Shown in pieces: positions 10,765 through 21,774 of a stretch of DNA of 64,000 nucleotides. The DNA comes from an uncultured delta proteobacterium. GTDB lineage: Bacteria; Myxococcota_A; Polyangia; Polyangiales; JAFGIB01. Position numbers and translations under genes: made by a program. Within the stretch, counting starts at the first letter, position 1. Each line of letters begins with the position of its first letter. Under the pieces are notes generated by a model. The model ran no database searches. It saw only the letters and a program-made list of their open reading frames with translations, and was not told the origin of the DNA. The stretch covers positions 64,001 to 128,000 of the forward strand of contig CAVZVA010000002.1 of the NCBI GenBank assembly GCA_963778655.1, written 5' to 3'.

Positions 10765-11073
10765 GTACCCGCAGGCTATCACCTCCGACCGCGTGATCCG
10801 TGCGTGGTTGCGCAGTGCACGAACGCCCACAGGCCGGTGCCAGAGAAAGGGATGGCGCGTGCTGAACCTCAACAAATCACGGGCAGGTTTGGACAGCTCG
10901 CACACAGCCCCTCACTCCAACCACCAACGGCGGCCTGCGCTGTTCGTTGGTGCTTCTCACCACGGGACTACGCGGGTTAGAATTGGACTCAGGGCCAGAG
11001 CGGCGGCCTGCCCATAGGTGCGCTTGGGCCTTCACGAAAACTCTTGGGACCGAGGTTGGGTGCCTTGACGCTC

Positions 11074-14000
11074 ATGAACGGTCGATATGTGTTGCACGGC
11101 GAGCTCGGCTCGGGAGGGATGGGTGTCGTCCATCGCGCCGAGGATCGCGCGAATCAACGCATGGTCGCGTTCAAGCAGCTGCACTCCACGGGAGCAGGCG
11201 CCAAGCGCCGAACCCTCGAGGCGTTGTTCGAGCGCGAGTATCACGCGTTGGTGCGACTCAAGCATGCCCGCATCGTCGAGGTCTTCGACTATGGCCACAC
11301 CGACCAGGGTCCGTACTACACGATGGAACTGCTGGACGGGAAAGACCTCCAGCAGCTCGCTCCGCTGCCGGTCCGCGAAGCCTGCCGCCATCTGCGGGAC
11401 GTCGCGTCGTCACTCGCACTCATCCATGCCCACCGCCTGGTGCATCGCGACATCAGCCCTCGCAACGTGCGACTGACCTCCGATGGTCGCGCAAAACTCA
11501 TCGACTTCGGCGCGCTCACCACTTTCGGCATCGCCGAAGAAGTCGTCGGCACGCCGTCCTGTATGGCCCCCGAAGCACTGCGCCGACTGGCGCTCGATCA
11601 GCGTACGGACCTGTTTGCGCTCGGCGTCACCGGGTATTGGGCGCTGACCGGACGGCATGCATTTCCGGCGCGCAGACCACGGGACCTACCCGGACTGTGG
11701 CACCGCGCACCGCCGGCGCCCTCCCAGATCGTCGAAGGTATCCCGCCCGCACTCGACGCGTTGATCATGTCCATGATCAGCGTTGAACCGCTTGCGCGAC
11801 CTGCGAACGCCGCTGCCGTTATCGACCAGCTCACCCTAATCGCTGGGCTCGATCCGGAAGAGCACGAGCAGACAGCCGAGAGCTATCTCTCGAGCGGGCG
11901 GATGGTCGGCCGCGAGCGCGAACGCGACTTGCTGCAAGGGCACCTCGCGCGCGCGCTTGAGGGCAAGATCACCGAGGTCGTGATCGAAGGCCCCTCCGGT
12001 ATCGGTAAGACCCGCTTGCTGCACGAGGCCAACCTGGAGGCGCAGCTCAAGGGCTTTGTCGCGTTGCGCGCCGACGCTCAGTCCATCCCCCAGGCCTTCG
12101 CGGTGGCGGCGAGCCTCGGGCTGCAGATGCTGAACGTGTGCCCCGAGGTCGCGCGACGCGCGGCAGGGCACCACGCACCGCTGCTCGCCCATCTGTCGCC
12201 CGAGCTCGCGAGCGAACTGCAGATCAACGAGCTCGCGGCATTGTCCGAGGACCCAGCCGAGCGGCGGGCTCGCTTTCAAACCGCTTTGCACGATTGGTTC
12301 TGTTCGGCTGCGAGTGAGCAGGCCTTGTTGATCGCCGTAGACAACGTGCAGGCGGCCGATGACAACTCCGCAGCTTTCCTCGCAGCACTCGGCCAAGAAG
12401 CGCGACGCGCACGGCTCCTGGTGCTGCTGACCAAGACGACGGGCGACGCCGTGGCGGCGCCGCCCCCCCTGCAAGCGATTCGCAAGCGCGCCCCTCGGCT
12501 AAAGCTCGCCGGCCTCGACGTCGCCGCCTGCGAGGAGCTGGTCAGCACTTTGTTCGGCAACGTCGAAAACACGGGCCGCCTGGCGAAGCTCCTGTGCGAC
12601 CGGAGCGGCGGAAACCCACAGCTGTGCATGGATCTCGTTCAGCTGGTGGTGAAGAAGAAGATCGCCAGGTACATCGGCGGCGGGTGGGTGCTGCCGCTCG
12701 AGCTCGCAGAGGACGAGCTGCCCTCGCGGGCGGAAGAGCTGCTGGCCGAGCGCCTCACAGCCCTGAGTCCCGACGCCCGCACGCTGTGCGAGGCGCTGAG
12801 CGTTCAGACCGGGCGCATCCCGATCGAACGCTGCATCGCGCTCGCCGAGAACATGAGCGACCAGGGTGCGTATCGCGCGCTCGACGAGCTCGTGACGGAC
12901 CAAATCCTCGTAATCGAGGGCACTCACTACGCGTTTCAGCAAGCGGCTTTGCGGCGGTCGGTGCTTGCGCAGATCGATCAAGATAGGCGGCGGCGCCTGC
13001 ACCAGCGCACCGCCCAAGCGTTGATCGAGGCGCCGGAGGCGGGCGTCGCTCAACGCATCGAAGCGGCCAGGCACCTACTGCACGCCGGCCAAGAGGTCGA
13101 AGGCGCCGACCTCATGGCGAGCGCCGCGCGCGACTTCCTGCTGCACCAAGGCGCACAGAGCGTCGGGGACGTCGTAGACGGGATGAACACCGCGCTTGCG
13201 CTCTACGAAAAGCAGAATCGGTCCAAGCACGAGATCGCGAGCCTCTTGTTCCCGATGGTCACGCTCGCGTTCTTCGCCGACTGGCGGCTTACGCTCAAAC
13301 ACGCCGAGCGCGCGGTCAACCTCGGCCTCGACATTACCGGTCTTCGTCTCGCTCAGCGCCTGAGCCGCTTTCTGCCGAGCAAGCTGGCTCTCGGCCTGGG
13401 CCTGGCGGTCGCCGCCGCACGCTTCGTGCCGCACCAGCTGCGCGGCCTGAAGTTCAACCTGGTCCAAACGATCGAGCTGTTTTGCAACCTGCTCGCGGCG
13501 TCGACCGGGACTTTGAGCATCGTGAACGACTTGCCCGCGCTGAAGCGCTTCGTGGAGCTGGTCAAGCCGCTGAGGCTGTTCGGCAAGGGACACATCGCGT
13601 CCATGATGTACGACTTCGCCGCCGCTCAGCAGTTGCTGACCTACGGGTGCGAGGGCGAAGGCGCCGATATACTCGAGGAGCTGCGACGTGACCTTCCTGC
13701 CCCCGCAATCAAGAAGGCATTGGGGGAGAGTTGGAAGCTGCTCTACGGGGGCGTGTTGTATTCGCTGGCGATCCAATATCCATTCGAATTTGGCACTCGT
13801 GCGCTCGAAACCGCCCGCGAAATGGAGGAGTTGGGGGTCGTCGTGTGGGCGATGGCTGCCGAAGAGATACGCATGCTCCACCATGCGTGCCGTGGCGAAT
13901 CCGAAGCGGTCGAGCACTGCCGCGAGCGCGTGGAGCTGTTCGCGCTGCAGGGCAACACCACGTGGCAGGCGGACATCTTCTGGCCGTATTTGCTTCTCGA

Positions 14001-15189
14001 CACCGAGATTCGCGCTGGCAACGCGATCGGCGTGCGCACGATCCGAGAGCAGCTGTCGCGCCGCGCAAAGGATCATCCGTCGCTGCAGTCGTTTGCCGAC
14101 ATCGCACACGCGTCATACCTGACCCTGCGCGGCGACCATGTTGTCGCGATCGCTGCGTTCGAGCGCATCATCGATCGCTGCAGAAGCATGGACCCGTCGC
14201 TTTCGTGGTCCACCTTTCGCGCATGCATTGCCTATGCCCACGCGCTGAACGCCATTGGCCAGCACGAGCGCGCCAAGAGCTATGTCACGGAAGCCCTCGA
14301 GCGCGCAGGCGCGGATGTGCCCCGACTCGTAGTCCACTATCTCGAGCCGCAGCGCCAACTGGCGCTCGCGGAGGCGGGTCTTGGCAACCACGCCGAGGCG
14401 GTGCGCATCCTCGACTCGCTCCTCGCCGAGCACGGCACCCAAGATCAACCCTTGCTGATCGGCCTGCTGCACAAGGCGCGCGCCGAGATCGCGCTGTCGA
14501 TGAGGGACTCGACCGCATTCGAGGCGCACTTCGCGGAAATGGATCGCTGCTTTCGCCTCTCACACAATCCGGCGTTGATCGCGCAGCTCGCACGCACGGC
14601 GAAGCTTGCGATCGATGCCGTGCAGAGCACGAGTGAGGTCGTGCAGCGACACGCGCTGGACGCACTCTCTGGCCTGTCCAGGAGGGTCCCCACGATGCGC
14701 TCCGACGTGGCCGACGCCGTACGCTCGCTGTACGACGTCACCATGCCATCGGACAGGGCAGCCATGGCACTGCGCTTGATCGTAAGGGAGCTCGGTGCGA
14801 AATCGGGGTTTCTGTACGTCCTCAAGCGCGACCAGGGCGAACGAATGGAGCTCGCGGCGGCAAGCTCGCATGTCGAGCCGCCGCGAGAGCTCGAGCGGGC
14901 ACTGCAAGATGCTGTCGAACTGGCCCAACGAAGCTTGCTGGATGACGAGCAGACCGCGACGCTGAGCGATTGGCCCGGTTCACCAACACGCCTCGACGGA
15001 GACGGAGCCGGCTCGCATCAGCTTTTCGTCCTGCGCGCGGGTGGAATCGAGGATCTCACGGTGGTGGGCGGACTCATCCTCGCGCTCGACCAGCCGGAAT
15101 ACTTGGTGGCCGAAACGAATCTGCTCCGGTCGATTGCCGACGCCCTGCGTGATTGTTCGACGCTCGCAAGTCTGAACGTGACCGAATAA
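11074..15189 (+). CDS. Ser/Thr protein kinase with AAA/STAND-type ATPase and helical C-terminal region
   Basis: LGSGGMGVV, VAFK, HRDISPRN, DFG; Walker A GPSGIGKT; SGGNP. Confidence 0.9.
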   Translation: MNGRYVLHGELGSGGMGVVHRAEDRANQRMVAFKQLHSTGAGAKRRTLEALFEREYHALVRLKHARIVEVFDYGHTDQGPYYTMELLDGKDLQQLAPLPVREACRHLRDVASSLALIHAHRLVHRDISPRNVRLTSDGRAKLIDFGALTTFGIAEEVVGTPSCMAPEALRRLALDQRTDLFALGVTGYWALTGRHAFPARRPRDLPGLWHRAPPAPSQIVEGIPPALDALIMSMISVEPLARPANAAAVIDQLTLIAGLDPEEHEQTAESYLSSGRMVGRERERDLLQGHLARALEGKITEVVIEGPSGIGKTRLLHEANLEAQLKGFVALRADAQSIPQAFAVAASLGLQMLNVCPEVARRAAGHHAPLLAHLSPELASELQINELAALSEDPAERRARFQTALHDWFCSAASEQALLIAVDNVQAADDNSAAFLAALGQEARRARLLVLLTKTTGDAVAAPPPLQAIRKRAPRLKLAGLDVAACEELVSTLFGNVENTGRLAKLLCDRSGGNPQLCMDLVQLVVKKKIARYIGGGWVLPLELAEDELPSRAEELLAERLTALSPDARTLCEALSVQTGRIPIERCIALAENMSDQGAYRALDELVTDQILVIEGTHYAFQQAALRRSVLAQIDQDRRRRLHQRTAQALIEAPEAGVAQRIEAARHLLHAGQEVEGADLMASAARDFLLHQGAQSVGDVVDGMNTALALYEKQNRSKHEIASLLFPMVTLAFFADWRLTLKHAERAVNLGLDITGLRLAQRLSRFLPSKLALGLGLAVAAARFVPHQLRGLKFNLVQTIELFCNLLAASTGTLSIVNDLPALKRFVELVKPLRLFGKGHIASMMYDFAAAQQLLTYGCEGEGADILEELRRDLPAPAIKKALGESWKLLYGGVLYSLAIQYPFEFGTRALETAREMEELGVVVWAMAAEEIRMLHHACRGESEAVEHCRERVELFALQGNTTWQADIFWPYLLLDTEIRAGNAIGVRTIREQLSRRAKDHPSLQSFADIAHASYLTLRGDHVVAIAAFERIIDRCRSMDPSLSWSTFRACIAYAHALNAIGQHERAKSYVTEALERAGADVPRLVVHYLEPQRQLALAEAGLGNHAEAVRILDSLLAEHGTQDQPLLIGLLHKARAEIALSMRDSTAFEAHFAEMDRCFRLSHNPALIAQLARTAKLAIDAVQSTSEVVQRHALDALSGLSRRVPTMRSDVADAVRSLYDVTMPSDRAAMALRLIVRELGAKSGFLYVLKRDQGERMELAAASSHVEPPRELERALQDAVELAQRSLLDDEQTATLSDWPGSPTRLDGDGAGSHQLFVLRAGGIEDLTVVGGLILALDQPEYLVAETNLLRSIADALRDCSTLASLNVTE

Positions 15190-15219
15190 TCTCGCTGCCC
15201 CGTCCCGCTCGTGGCCCTG

Positions 15220-15299
15220 CCGGCAATCCGTCCCCGGCAATCCGTCCGTGATTGATTCGCCTGGCGATAGGTCTGGCCCAATCACGGATAGGTCTGGCC
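15220..15299. repeat. Cluster of short tandem and inverted repeats
   Basis: CCGGCAATCCGTCC x2, GATAGGTCTGGCC x2, inverted pair TCCGTGATTG / CAATCACGGA. Confidence 0.7.
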
Positions 15300-15589
15300 G
15301 CGACCAGGCGCCAACAGCAACGTGTCACGCTTGCTGCGTAGGCAAGAGGGTATCTACGGCGCGCGCAACGTCCAGCGAGTTGGTGTTGGCCAGCGTCAGC
15401 GCTGCGCCGACCGTAATGTCCCCGCCGGTGCCGCCGTTGTCGCCATCGCCGCCCGAGACGGCAACGTCTCGACCACGCACTCCGCCGGCGCGTTCTTCAA
15501 CGCCGGCACGATCGACACTCCTTCTGTGACCATCAGCGGGTTGTCGCCGAGGAACGCCTGCGTATCGGGCGGCGTGAAGCTATTCCGAG

Positions 15590-15691
15590 GAAATTCTGAT
15601 CCTCGACGTGTTCTCGAAGAAGACGCGCGCCACGCCGGCCACCGTCATCAACGCTTGCAGAGCCCGCCTGAAGAAGTGGGACGAACCATAG
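15590..15691 (+). pseudogene. C-terminal remnant of a RelE/HigB (Gp49-like) toxin
   Basis: EILILDVFSKKTRATPATVINACRARLKKWDEP*; in-frame stop at 15575 so the N-terminus is missing; directly upstream of an antitoxin. Confidence 0.65.
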
Positions 15692-15722
15692 TCACCTGTC
15701 GCAGTCTCAAGGAGCATTACCG

Positions 15723-16079
15723 ATGGACACCAAGAAGCTGAAGAAGCTCAAGGTAATGGGCGGCCGCGTCACCACCGTACAGGACTTCCTCGACCTGACC
15801 AATGAGGACATGGCCGTCATCGAGACGCGGCTTGCCCTCGCGAAGGCGATTCGTGAGCAGCGTGAGGAAGCCGGGCTCACCCGGGCCGCGTTGGCCAAGA
15901 GCCTCGGGTCGAGCCAAGCGCGTGTTGCCAAGATGGAGGGCGGTGACCCGCAGGCCAGTCTCGACTCGATGGTCCGTGCCCTGGCGGCCGTCAGCCGACG
16001 GGTGAAGCTCACCATCGAGACGCAGGGGCGAGTCAAGAAGGCGGTACGGACAGCAAGAGCCGAGTGGGTGCGCGCGTAG
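15723..16079 (+). CDS. XRE-family HTH antitoxin (HigA-like)
   Basis: AGGAG RBS; TVQDFLDL..GLTRAALAKSLGSSQARVAKMEGGD. Confidence 0.85.
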   Translation: MDTKKLKKLKVMGGRVTTVQDFLDLTNEDMAVIETRLALAKAIREQREEAGLTRAALAKSLGSSQARVAKMEGGDPQASLDSMVRALAAVSRRVKLTIETQGRVKKAVRTARAEWVRA

Positions 16080-16087
16080 GGCCACCG

Positions 16088-16420
16088 TCACGTAGGAACT
16101 TGATCGGCCTCCTCGATCTGCTGCTCGACCATCATGGCCTCGACTTCGGCGGCTGACACCACGGCCCAGGACTCCCCCGTCCATTGGTAGAGTCGGTTGC
16201 GGCCCTGGCGGACATGCCGAAACAAGCCGGCTTCTTCGAGCACGGCAAGATGATGCGACACCGTGGCGTGCGCCAAGTCCAGCGATGAGGCGATGTCGCT
16301 GGGGTACACGCCCACCACCGGGTGGATGCAGGTCCAGACCTCAAGGCTGGAGACGATCGTGGAAGACCGCAGGTTGTGTTGTGCACGGCGCAATCCGCGC
16401 TTTTCAACGATCGTCTCCAT
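16088..16420 (-). CDS. ArsR-family winged-helix regulator
   Basis: SDIASSLDLAHATVSHHLAVLEEAGL..RQGRNRLY; start uncertain. Confidence 0.7.
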   Translation of the reverse strand: METIVEKRGLRRAQHNLRSSTIVSSLEVWTCIHPVVGVYPSDIASSLDLAHATVSHHLAVLEEAGLFRHVRQGRNRLYQWTGESWAVVSAAEVEAMMVEQQIEEADQVPT

Positions 16421-16490
16421 GTGGCCCATCAGGTTGGGGTCGCTGGCCGTACCCACGATGTCCGGCCGTGCCGCCGCCGCCGGCCGCCCC

Positions 16491-16820
16491 GGGTGTACTC
16501 GACAACCACTACCACGCCATCGTCACCGACCCCCGCGGCGAGCTGCCCGACTTCATGGGCTGGGTCGACCGCGAGATCACCCGGTGCATGAACCAGGTCT
16601 ACAAGCGCGCCGAGAACCTGTGGTCCGATGACAAGTACTCCTCCCTCGTGCTTTACGACCGCGAGGCCGTAATCGGCAAGTGCGTGTACGTCTTCACCAA
16701 CGTGGTCGAGGCCTTGATGGTGCGCCAGTACCGCGACTGGCACGGTGTCCGCTCGACCCCGGCCGACTGGCTCGCCGCGCCCACCACCGTCAAGCGACCG
16801 GAGGTGCACTTCAACGCAAC
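16491..16820 (+). pseudogene. Internal fragment of an HUH Y1 / REP-associated tyrosine transposase
   Basis: DNHYHAIVTD (HUH), ENLWSDDKY, YVFTN; no intact start or end. Confidence 0.75.
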
Positions 16821-17012
16821 CAGCGCTGGGCCCAGGTGCAGGTCCGCTGACCTCCGTCCTGCGCGCGCTCGCGCTTGCAGCATTGCACCGACACCGCACG
16901 CCATCGCCGCAGTTCGGCCTCCCACAACCCCAAACTCCACGCGCGCACCGCCCGCGGCAGCCGCTCCGCCCCTGGCCAGCGCCCGCGCGTCATCCTTCTC
17001 CGACCATCAACC

Positions 17013-17048
17013 CGGGACAGGGTCTCCCCGCGGGACAGGGTCTCCCCG
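17013..17048. repeat. 18-bp tandem duplication
   Basis: CGGGACAGGGTCTCCCCG x2. Confidence 0.8.
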
Positions 17049-17129
17049 CGATATCCGGGCTCGCTCGGCCACGGCAACAATGCCGACGTGCCGATTCTGT
17101 CCGTACTACTCAGCCGGTGCGGAGAAGGG

Positions 17130-18131
17130 TCAGCCCTTCGTCGTCGTGGTCCCCGCGTCGCCGCGGCTCGCGCTCGGCGTGCCCCCGGTCCAGCGCTTGA
17201 AGGCGCGGTGGAACGACTCGACGTGCGCGAAGCCGAGCAGGAACGCGACCTCGGCGAGCGGGCGCTGCGACTCGCGCATGTAACTGAGCGCCAGCTCACG
17301 GCGCACGTCGTCGAGCTCTCTTCCGAAAGTGGTGCCGTCCTGTTCGAGCCTGCGGCTTAGTGTGCGGCGGCTCATGCGAAGCGCGGATGCGACGCGCGGC
17401 GCCGAGGCATCCCGGTGCTCGCGGATCTGCTGCTCGATCGCCCGCCGCACGCGCTGCCGCAGCCCGAACGTGCGCGAGACCTCGGCCATGACCGCGTCGA
17501 GCCGATCGCGCAGCAGGGCGTGGAGCATGGGATCGGCCGTGGGTTGCCGCAGGCAAGCGCGCGCGCCGTCGAACGCGAAGGCATAGAACGGCGCTTCGAA
17601 TTTCAGCACGGCGCCGTCGAAGATCTCCTCGTAGGCGCGCATGTCGCGCGGCTTGGCGTAGGGAAACCAGCACTCCACGGGCGATGCGACTCTCGAGCCC
17701 TCGCAGACGTGGTGCCTGTAGGTCGTGGTCATCGCGAGATCGGCGACCGGCCTGGGCCACGAGTTCTCGTCCACAAGTCGCACCAGCGCGCGTCCGTGCC
17801 AGGTCTCGAAGAAGACGCGGTAGCCGTCCGCGTGCAGCACGCTGTAGCGGGCGGCCGCCTCGGCTGCTTCGCGCACCGTTGGCGCGGAGCGCACCAGGTA
17901 ATCGTAGCTGCCCATCTCGCCGAGCCGCACGCTGCGGCCCAGCTTCAGCCCGAGCTGCTCGTCGCCCATGCGCTCGACCGCGCGCTCGAAGCTGCTGTGC
18001 ACGGCGTCGACCGGGATGCGGTCATCGGGGTCGGCCGCCCTCCATTCGCTCGGCACCAGGTCCCGATTGCCCTGGGCTCCAGCCACCCTGAGCAAGGGAC
18101 GCAACAGGCGAGCCGAGCACAGCGCACGCAT
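17130..18131 (-). CDS. AraC-family transcriptional regulator
   Basis: N-terminal DPDDRIP, LGLKLG; C-terminal MSRRTLSRRL..EVAFLLGF..FHRAFKRWTG. Confidence 0.9.
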   Translation of the reverse strand: MRALCSARLLRPLLRVAGAQGNRDLVPSEWRAADPDDRIPVDAVHSSFERAVERMGDEQLGLKLGRSVRLGEMGSYDYLVRSAPTVREAAEAAARYSVLHADGYRVFFETWHGRALVRLVDENSWPRPVADLAMTTTYRHHVCEGSRVASPVECWFPYAKPRDMRAYEEIFDGAVLKFEAPFYAFAFDGARACLRQPTADPMLHALLRDRLDAVMAEVSRTFGLRQRVRRAIEQQIREHRDASAPRVASALRMSRRTLSRRLEQDGTTFGRELDDVRRELALSYMRESQRPLAEVAFLLGFAHVESFHRAFKRWTGGTPSASRGDAGTTTTKG

Positions 18132-18403
18132 CACCACCAACCTAGGGGCAGCATGGACCACCCCACCCGCGCCCGCCAGGGGGCGGGCTAGGTCGGCGGG
18201 CGCCAATTTGCAAAAAATAGCTAGTCGATCTGGCCTCCAGCGCTAGGGTCCGCCCTTTTCGTCATCCCTGACCTGAGCTACGGCCGGCAATTGTGTGGGA
18301 AGCAGTTGAGAACCCGGCCGCCAAAGCGCGCCTGGGACCGGCGTTTGTGCACCCCTGTGTCCGCCGTCCATCCGCACCCACGACGCGAAGGAGACGGTTC
18401 GAC

Positions 18404-19462
18404 ATGGCTTTCAAAAGGTTCGTGATGATGGTTGGCGGCTTCGCAGCGCTCGGCCTGTGCGCAGCCGGCTGCAGCTCCAATAATGGAGGGGGCGGCGGTG
18501 GCGGCACGGGCGGCACACCGGGCTTGACGGGCACCGGCACCGGGGGAACGACGGGCCCGGGAAACGCGACCATGCAGACCGGCGGCGTGGGAGGCGGCGC
18601 CGTCGGCACCGGCAGTGGCGGCACCGGCAGCGGGGTGGCGGGCGCTGCGGGCTCGGGCTCAAGCATGGGCACCGGCATGATGAGCACCGGCGGTACGGGC
18701 ATGATGAGCACCGGCGGTACGGGCGCGATGGCCATGGGTACCGGCGGGATGGGTACCGGCGGGATGGGTACCGCGGGCATGGGCACTGCCGGGATGGCCG
18801 AGCCCACGGGTCCGACCATGCCGTGCCTGACGCAGGGCGTCGACCTGCTGCTGATCGGCGATTCCTACATCGACGCGCCGACCTATCTCACACCCGCGCT
18901 CGAAGCCAAGGCGTCCGCGGACGGCCAGCTCCCCGCGGGCCAGCACTACAACGTCCAGGCGGTCGCAGGCACGGTCAGCTCGCAGATTCAGAACCAGTGG
19001 CTCGCCAACAAGAGCCCGGCGCCCAAGTTCGTGGTGATGGACGGCGGCGGCAACGACGTGCTGCTCGGCGCGCCGCAATGCATCGCCGCCTCGGGCGACG
19101 ACCCCGTCTGCCAAGGCGTGGCCGACATGGCCAATGCCACCATCAAGAGCATCTGGGACGACATGAAAGCGAGCGGGGTCAAGGGCGTCATCTACTTCTA
19201 CTACCCGCACACGCCCATCTCCGCCGGCGGCACGCTGGTCGACTACGGTGGCCCCAAGGCCCAGGCGAACTGCGACGCCGAGAACGACGACAACTTCCAG
19301 TGCGTATTCGTCTCCACGTCTCCGGCGCTCGACGACATGGGTTACTACCTAGACAACGTTCACCCAACTGCCAACGGCGGGCCCGACGTGCTTGCGGGCC
19401 TGGTCTGGGACGCGATGAAGCAGAGCTGCATCGGCCAGACCAGCGGCTGCTGTGCGCCGTAG
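18404..19462 (+). CDS. SGNH/GDSL hydrolase lipoprotein with a Gly/Thr/Met-rich linker
   Basis: AGGAG RBS, lipobox AAGC, IGDSY block I, DGGGND block III, DNVHP block V. Confidence 0.85.
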   Translation: MAFKRFVMMVGGFAALGLCAAGCSSNNGGGGGGGTGGTPGLTGTGTGGTTGPGNATMQTGGVGGGAVGTGSGGTGSGVAGAAGSGSSMGTGMMSTGGTGMMSTGGTGAMAMGTGGMGTGGMGTAGMGTAGMAEPTGPTMPCLTQGVDLLLIGDSYIDAPTYLTPALEAKASADGQLPAGQHYNVQAVAGTVSSQIQNQWLANKSPAPKFVVMDGGGNDVLLGAPQCIAASGDDPVCQGVADMANATIKSIWDDMKASGVKGVIYFYYPHTPISAGGTLVDYGGPKAQANCDAENDDNFQCVFVSTSPALDDMGYYLDNVHPTANGGPDVLAGLVWDAMKQSCIGQTSGCCAP

Positions 19463-19604
19463 ACGATGTTCCTTGGAAGTAGCTTCCTGGTAGCAAACCC
19501 AACGTTCAACGATACGCAATATCCCTAATACCCACCACACCCACCAGCCCGGCGGAGCCCGTGGCTGACCGAAATGGGCTCCGCCGGGCCCTCTATCCGA
19601 ACGC

Positions 19605-20744
19605 ATGACTGTCTCCGGGAGCATCGCCGCGCGCGGCCAGAAGCGACCGGAGCGACGTGTCTCCATCCGACTGCTCTGGCCGTTTGCCCGGCTGGCGGGT
19701 GGAAGCGAGGAGGAGATGAGCATCCTCGCGTGCGAGGGCATCGGGCTGGCCCAGCTCGCCGATCCCGACCAGCGGCTGCGCCACGACGTGGCAATGGAGT
19801 TGCTGGAGCGCGCAGTGCAGCGGACGCGCGATCCCGCGCTCGGCCTGCACGCCGCGGAGAGGCTGGAGCCCACCGATCTCGACGTGGTCGAGCAGGTCAC
19901 CCGCACCTGCACCACGCTGCGTCAGGCGATCGCCTGCTTCATGCGCTTCGCATATCTGCTCAGCGCGACCGCCGACGTCACGCTGGAGGAGAGCCGAACG
20001 CTGGCACGTGTGGCCTGGCCGGCCGCCGACGACGTGCGCCAGACGCCCGCGGCCAACGACTTCCAGACGGCCGGCACGCTCGCGCTGTGGCGCCGCGACA
20101 CCGGCGTGCAGCAGCTCGCCACCGAGATCCACCTGGAGCACGACGAACCAACCGACGCCGCGGAGTATGCGCGCGTCTTCGCCGCGCCCGTGCGCTTGCG
20201 CATGCTGGAAAACGCGCTGGTGCTGCCGCGCGCGGCGCTCGATCTGCCCATGCTGCATGCCAACCGTGCGTTGCACGCGGCCTTCGAGCTGCGCGCCGAC
20301 GTGCTGCTCTCCCGCTTGCGGGAGGACGTGTACGCGGCGGCGCGCGTGCGCGGAATCGTGCTCGGCCAGCTGTGCGGCGGCGACACCAGCATGGATGCCG
20401 TCGCGCGCAAGATGGTGATGAGCGCTGCGACCTTGCGCCGGCGCCTGGAGGACGAGGGCACCACCTACCGGCAGATCCTCGAGACGGCGCGCCAGCAGCT
20501 CGCGATGCGCTATCTGTGCGACCGCCAGATGCCGACCAGCGAGGTCGCCCTGATGCTGGGCTTCTCGCACGTCACGGCGTTGCACAAGGCGTTCAAGCGC
20601 TGGAGCGGCGGCCTGACCCCGGCCCAGTTCCGCGCGCGCAACGCCGCGACTGGCGGGCGCGGAGCGGCCCCGGGGCCCGCGGCCGAGGACCCATGCCTGC
20701 GCGGACCGGCACGTACGGACCGTATTGATATGAGAGTCTCCTAG
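19605..20744 (+). CDS. AraC-family transcriptional regulator
   Basis: DPALGLHAAE; MSAATLRRRL..EVALMLGFS..HKAFKRW. Confidence 0.9.
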   Translation: MTVSGSIAARGQKRPERRVSIRLLWPFARLAGGSEEEMSILACEGIGLAQLADPDQRLRHDVAMELLERAVQRTRDPALGLHAAERLEPTDLDVVEQVTRTCTTLRQAIACFMRFAYLLSATADVTLEESRTLARVAWPAADDVRQTPAANDFQTAGTLALWRRDTGVQQLATEIHLEHDEPTDAAEYARVFAAPVRLRMLENALVLPRAALDLPMLHANRALHAAFELRADVLLSRLREDVYAAARVRGIVLGQLCGGDTSMDAVARKMVMSAATLRRRLEDEGTTYRQILETARQQLAMRYLCDRQMPTSEVALMLGFSHVTALHKAFKRWSGGLTPAQFRARNAATGGRGAAPGPAAEDPCLRGPARTDRIDMRVS

Positions 20745-21122
20745 CTACCCAAATAGCTCCGTCGCGAGGCCGCTTGTGTACCGTGAGATTGACAACCGAC
20801 GGGCACCGCCGATGCTTCGAGTTCCTGGTCCAAACGCAGCTCCGACAGGCACGAAGGTGGGCTGTCGCCTCACCGCGGCTCGCGTCACGTTCTGCCGCCG
20901 GGGGGGTAGGCGCTGCTTCGCAGTCAAGAGAATATGCCAACTCGCCTGCAACAGCGCCGCGCTCGAATCGGCTCTTCATCTCGACTATCCGCGTCCTGAA
21001 CCGCGGCGCCCGTGCCGTCGCGAGCCCTCTGGACGACTCCTTCGCGTTCGCCGCGCGCACCACCGCGCGCGGCGACTCCGCAGCCCACGGCGGCGCCAGC
21101 GCACGGGGCCTGGCTCGCGCGC

Positions 21123-21689
21123 TCAAGCACACACCGGGCGCAGCTCGGCGGCCAGCGCCGGCGGCAGCTCGCCGAGGAAGCCCTCAGCGTCGGCGCGGGG
21201 CAGCGCCGGCAGCATCCAGCCCAGCATCGCCCGTTGATCGGCAGGTGCCGTGCGCGCGACGGCTTGCTTGCCCAGCTCGAGCAGCGCTTGCACTGACAGC
21301 GCTGCGCGGATCTGCGGCTCCAGCTCGACCTCCTCTTCGTGCAGGTGCTCAAGGTAGAGCGCGGTGAGCCGGCAGCTCGCGTGGTAGAGCGCCGCGGCCG
21401 GCGCGCCATCGAGCTGCGAACGCAGCGACGCCAGCGCGACGTGGATGTCGGCGTGCGCGGCCCGCATGCGCGCGTGCACGGCGGGCGCATGCTGCTGCAG
21501 CAGCGGCAAGAGCAACGCGTCCTCGTTGTCGCCGTGGTGGTCGATGAAGTGCAGCGTGTCGCGCAGCTGCTCGCGCGCCGCTTGCAAGCTCGGCTCGCCG
21601 TCGCGCGCGCGACCGAGCGTGCCGCAAGTCGAAAACAGCGCCCTGCGGATTCCCTTGTGGACGTTGCTAAAGATGTCGGGTGTGGTCAT
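21123..21689 (-). CDS. Hemerythrin-domain protein
   Basis: GGAGG RBS; VHKGIRRAL, HHGDNEDALLLP, H..HLHEEE. Confidence 0.8.
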   Translation of the reverse strand: MTTPDIFSNVHKGIRRALFSTCGTLGRARDGEPSLQAAREQLRDTLHFIDHHGDNEDALLLPLLQQHAPAVHARMRAAHADIHVALASLRSQLDGAPAAALYHASCRLTALYLEHLHEEEVELEPQIRAALSVQALLELGKQAVARTAPADQRAMLGWMLPALPRADAEGFLGELPPALAAELRPVCA

Positions 21690-21774
21690 GTTGGTCTCGT
21701 AACCTCCACTGCCAACATGCGCCCTCGCGCGGGCGGGCGATTGTACGAATCCGACATTGTCGCGCGGCGGGCGG

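Noticed and set aside
18490..18800. Repeat array / CRISPR candidate
   Set aside because: The repeats encode the GTGGM-type low-complexity linker of the SGNH lipoprotein; no spacer-repeat structure or cas genes seen in the window
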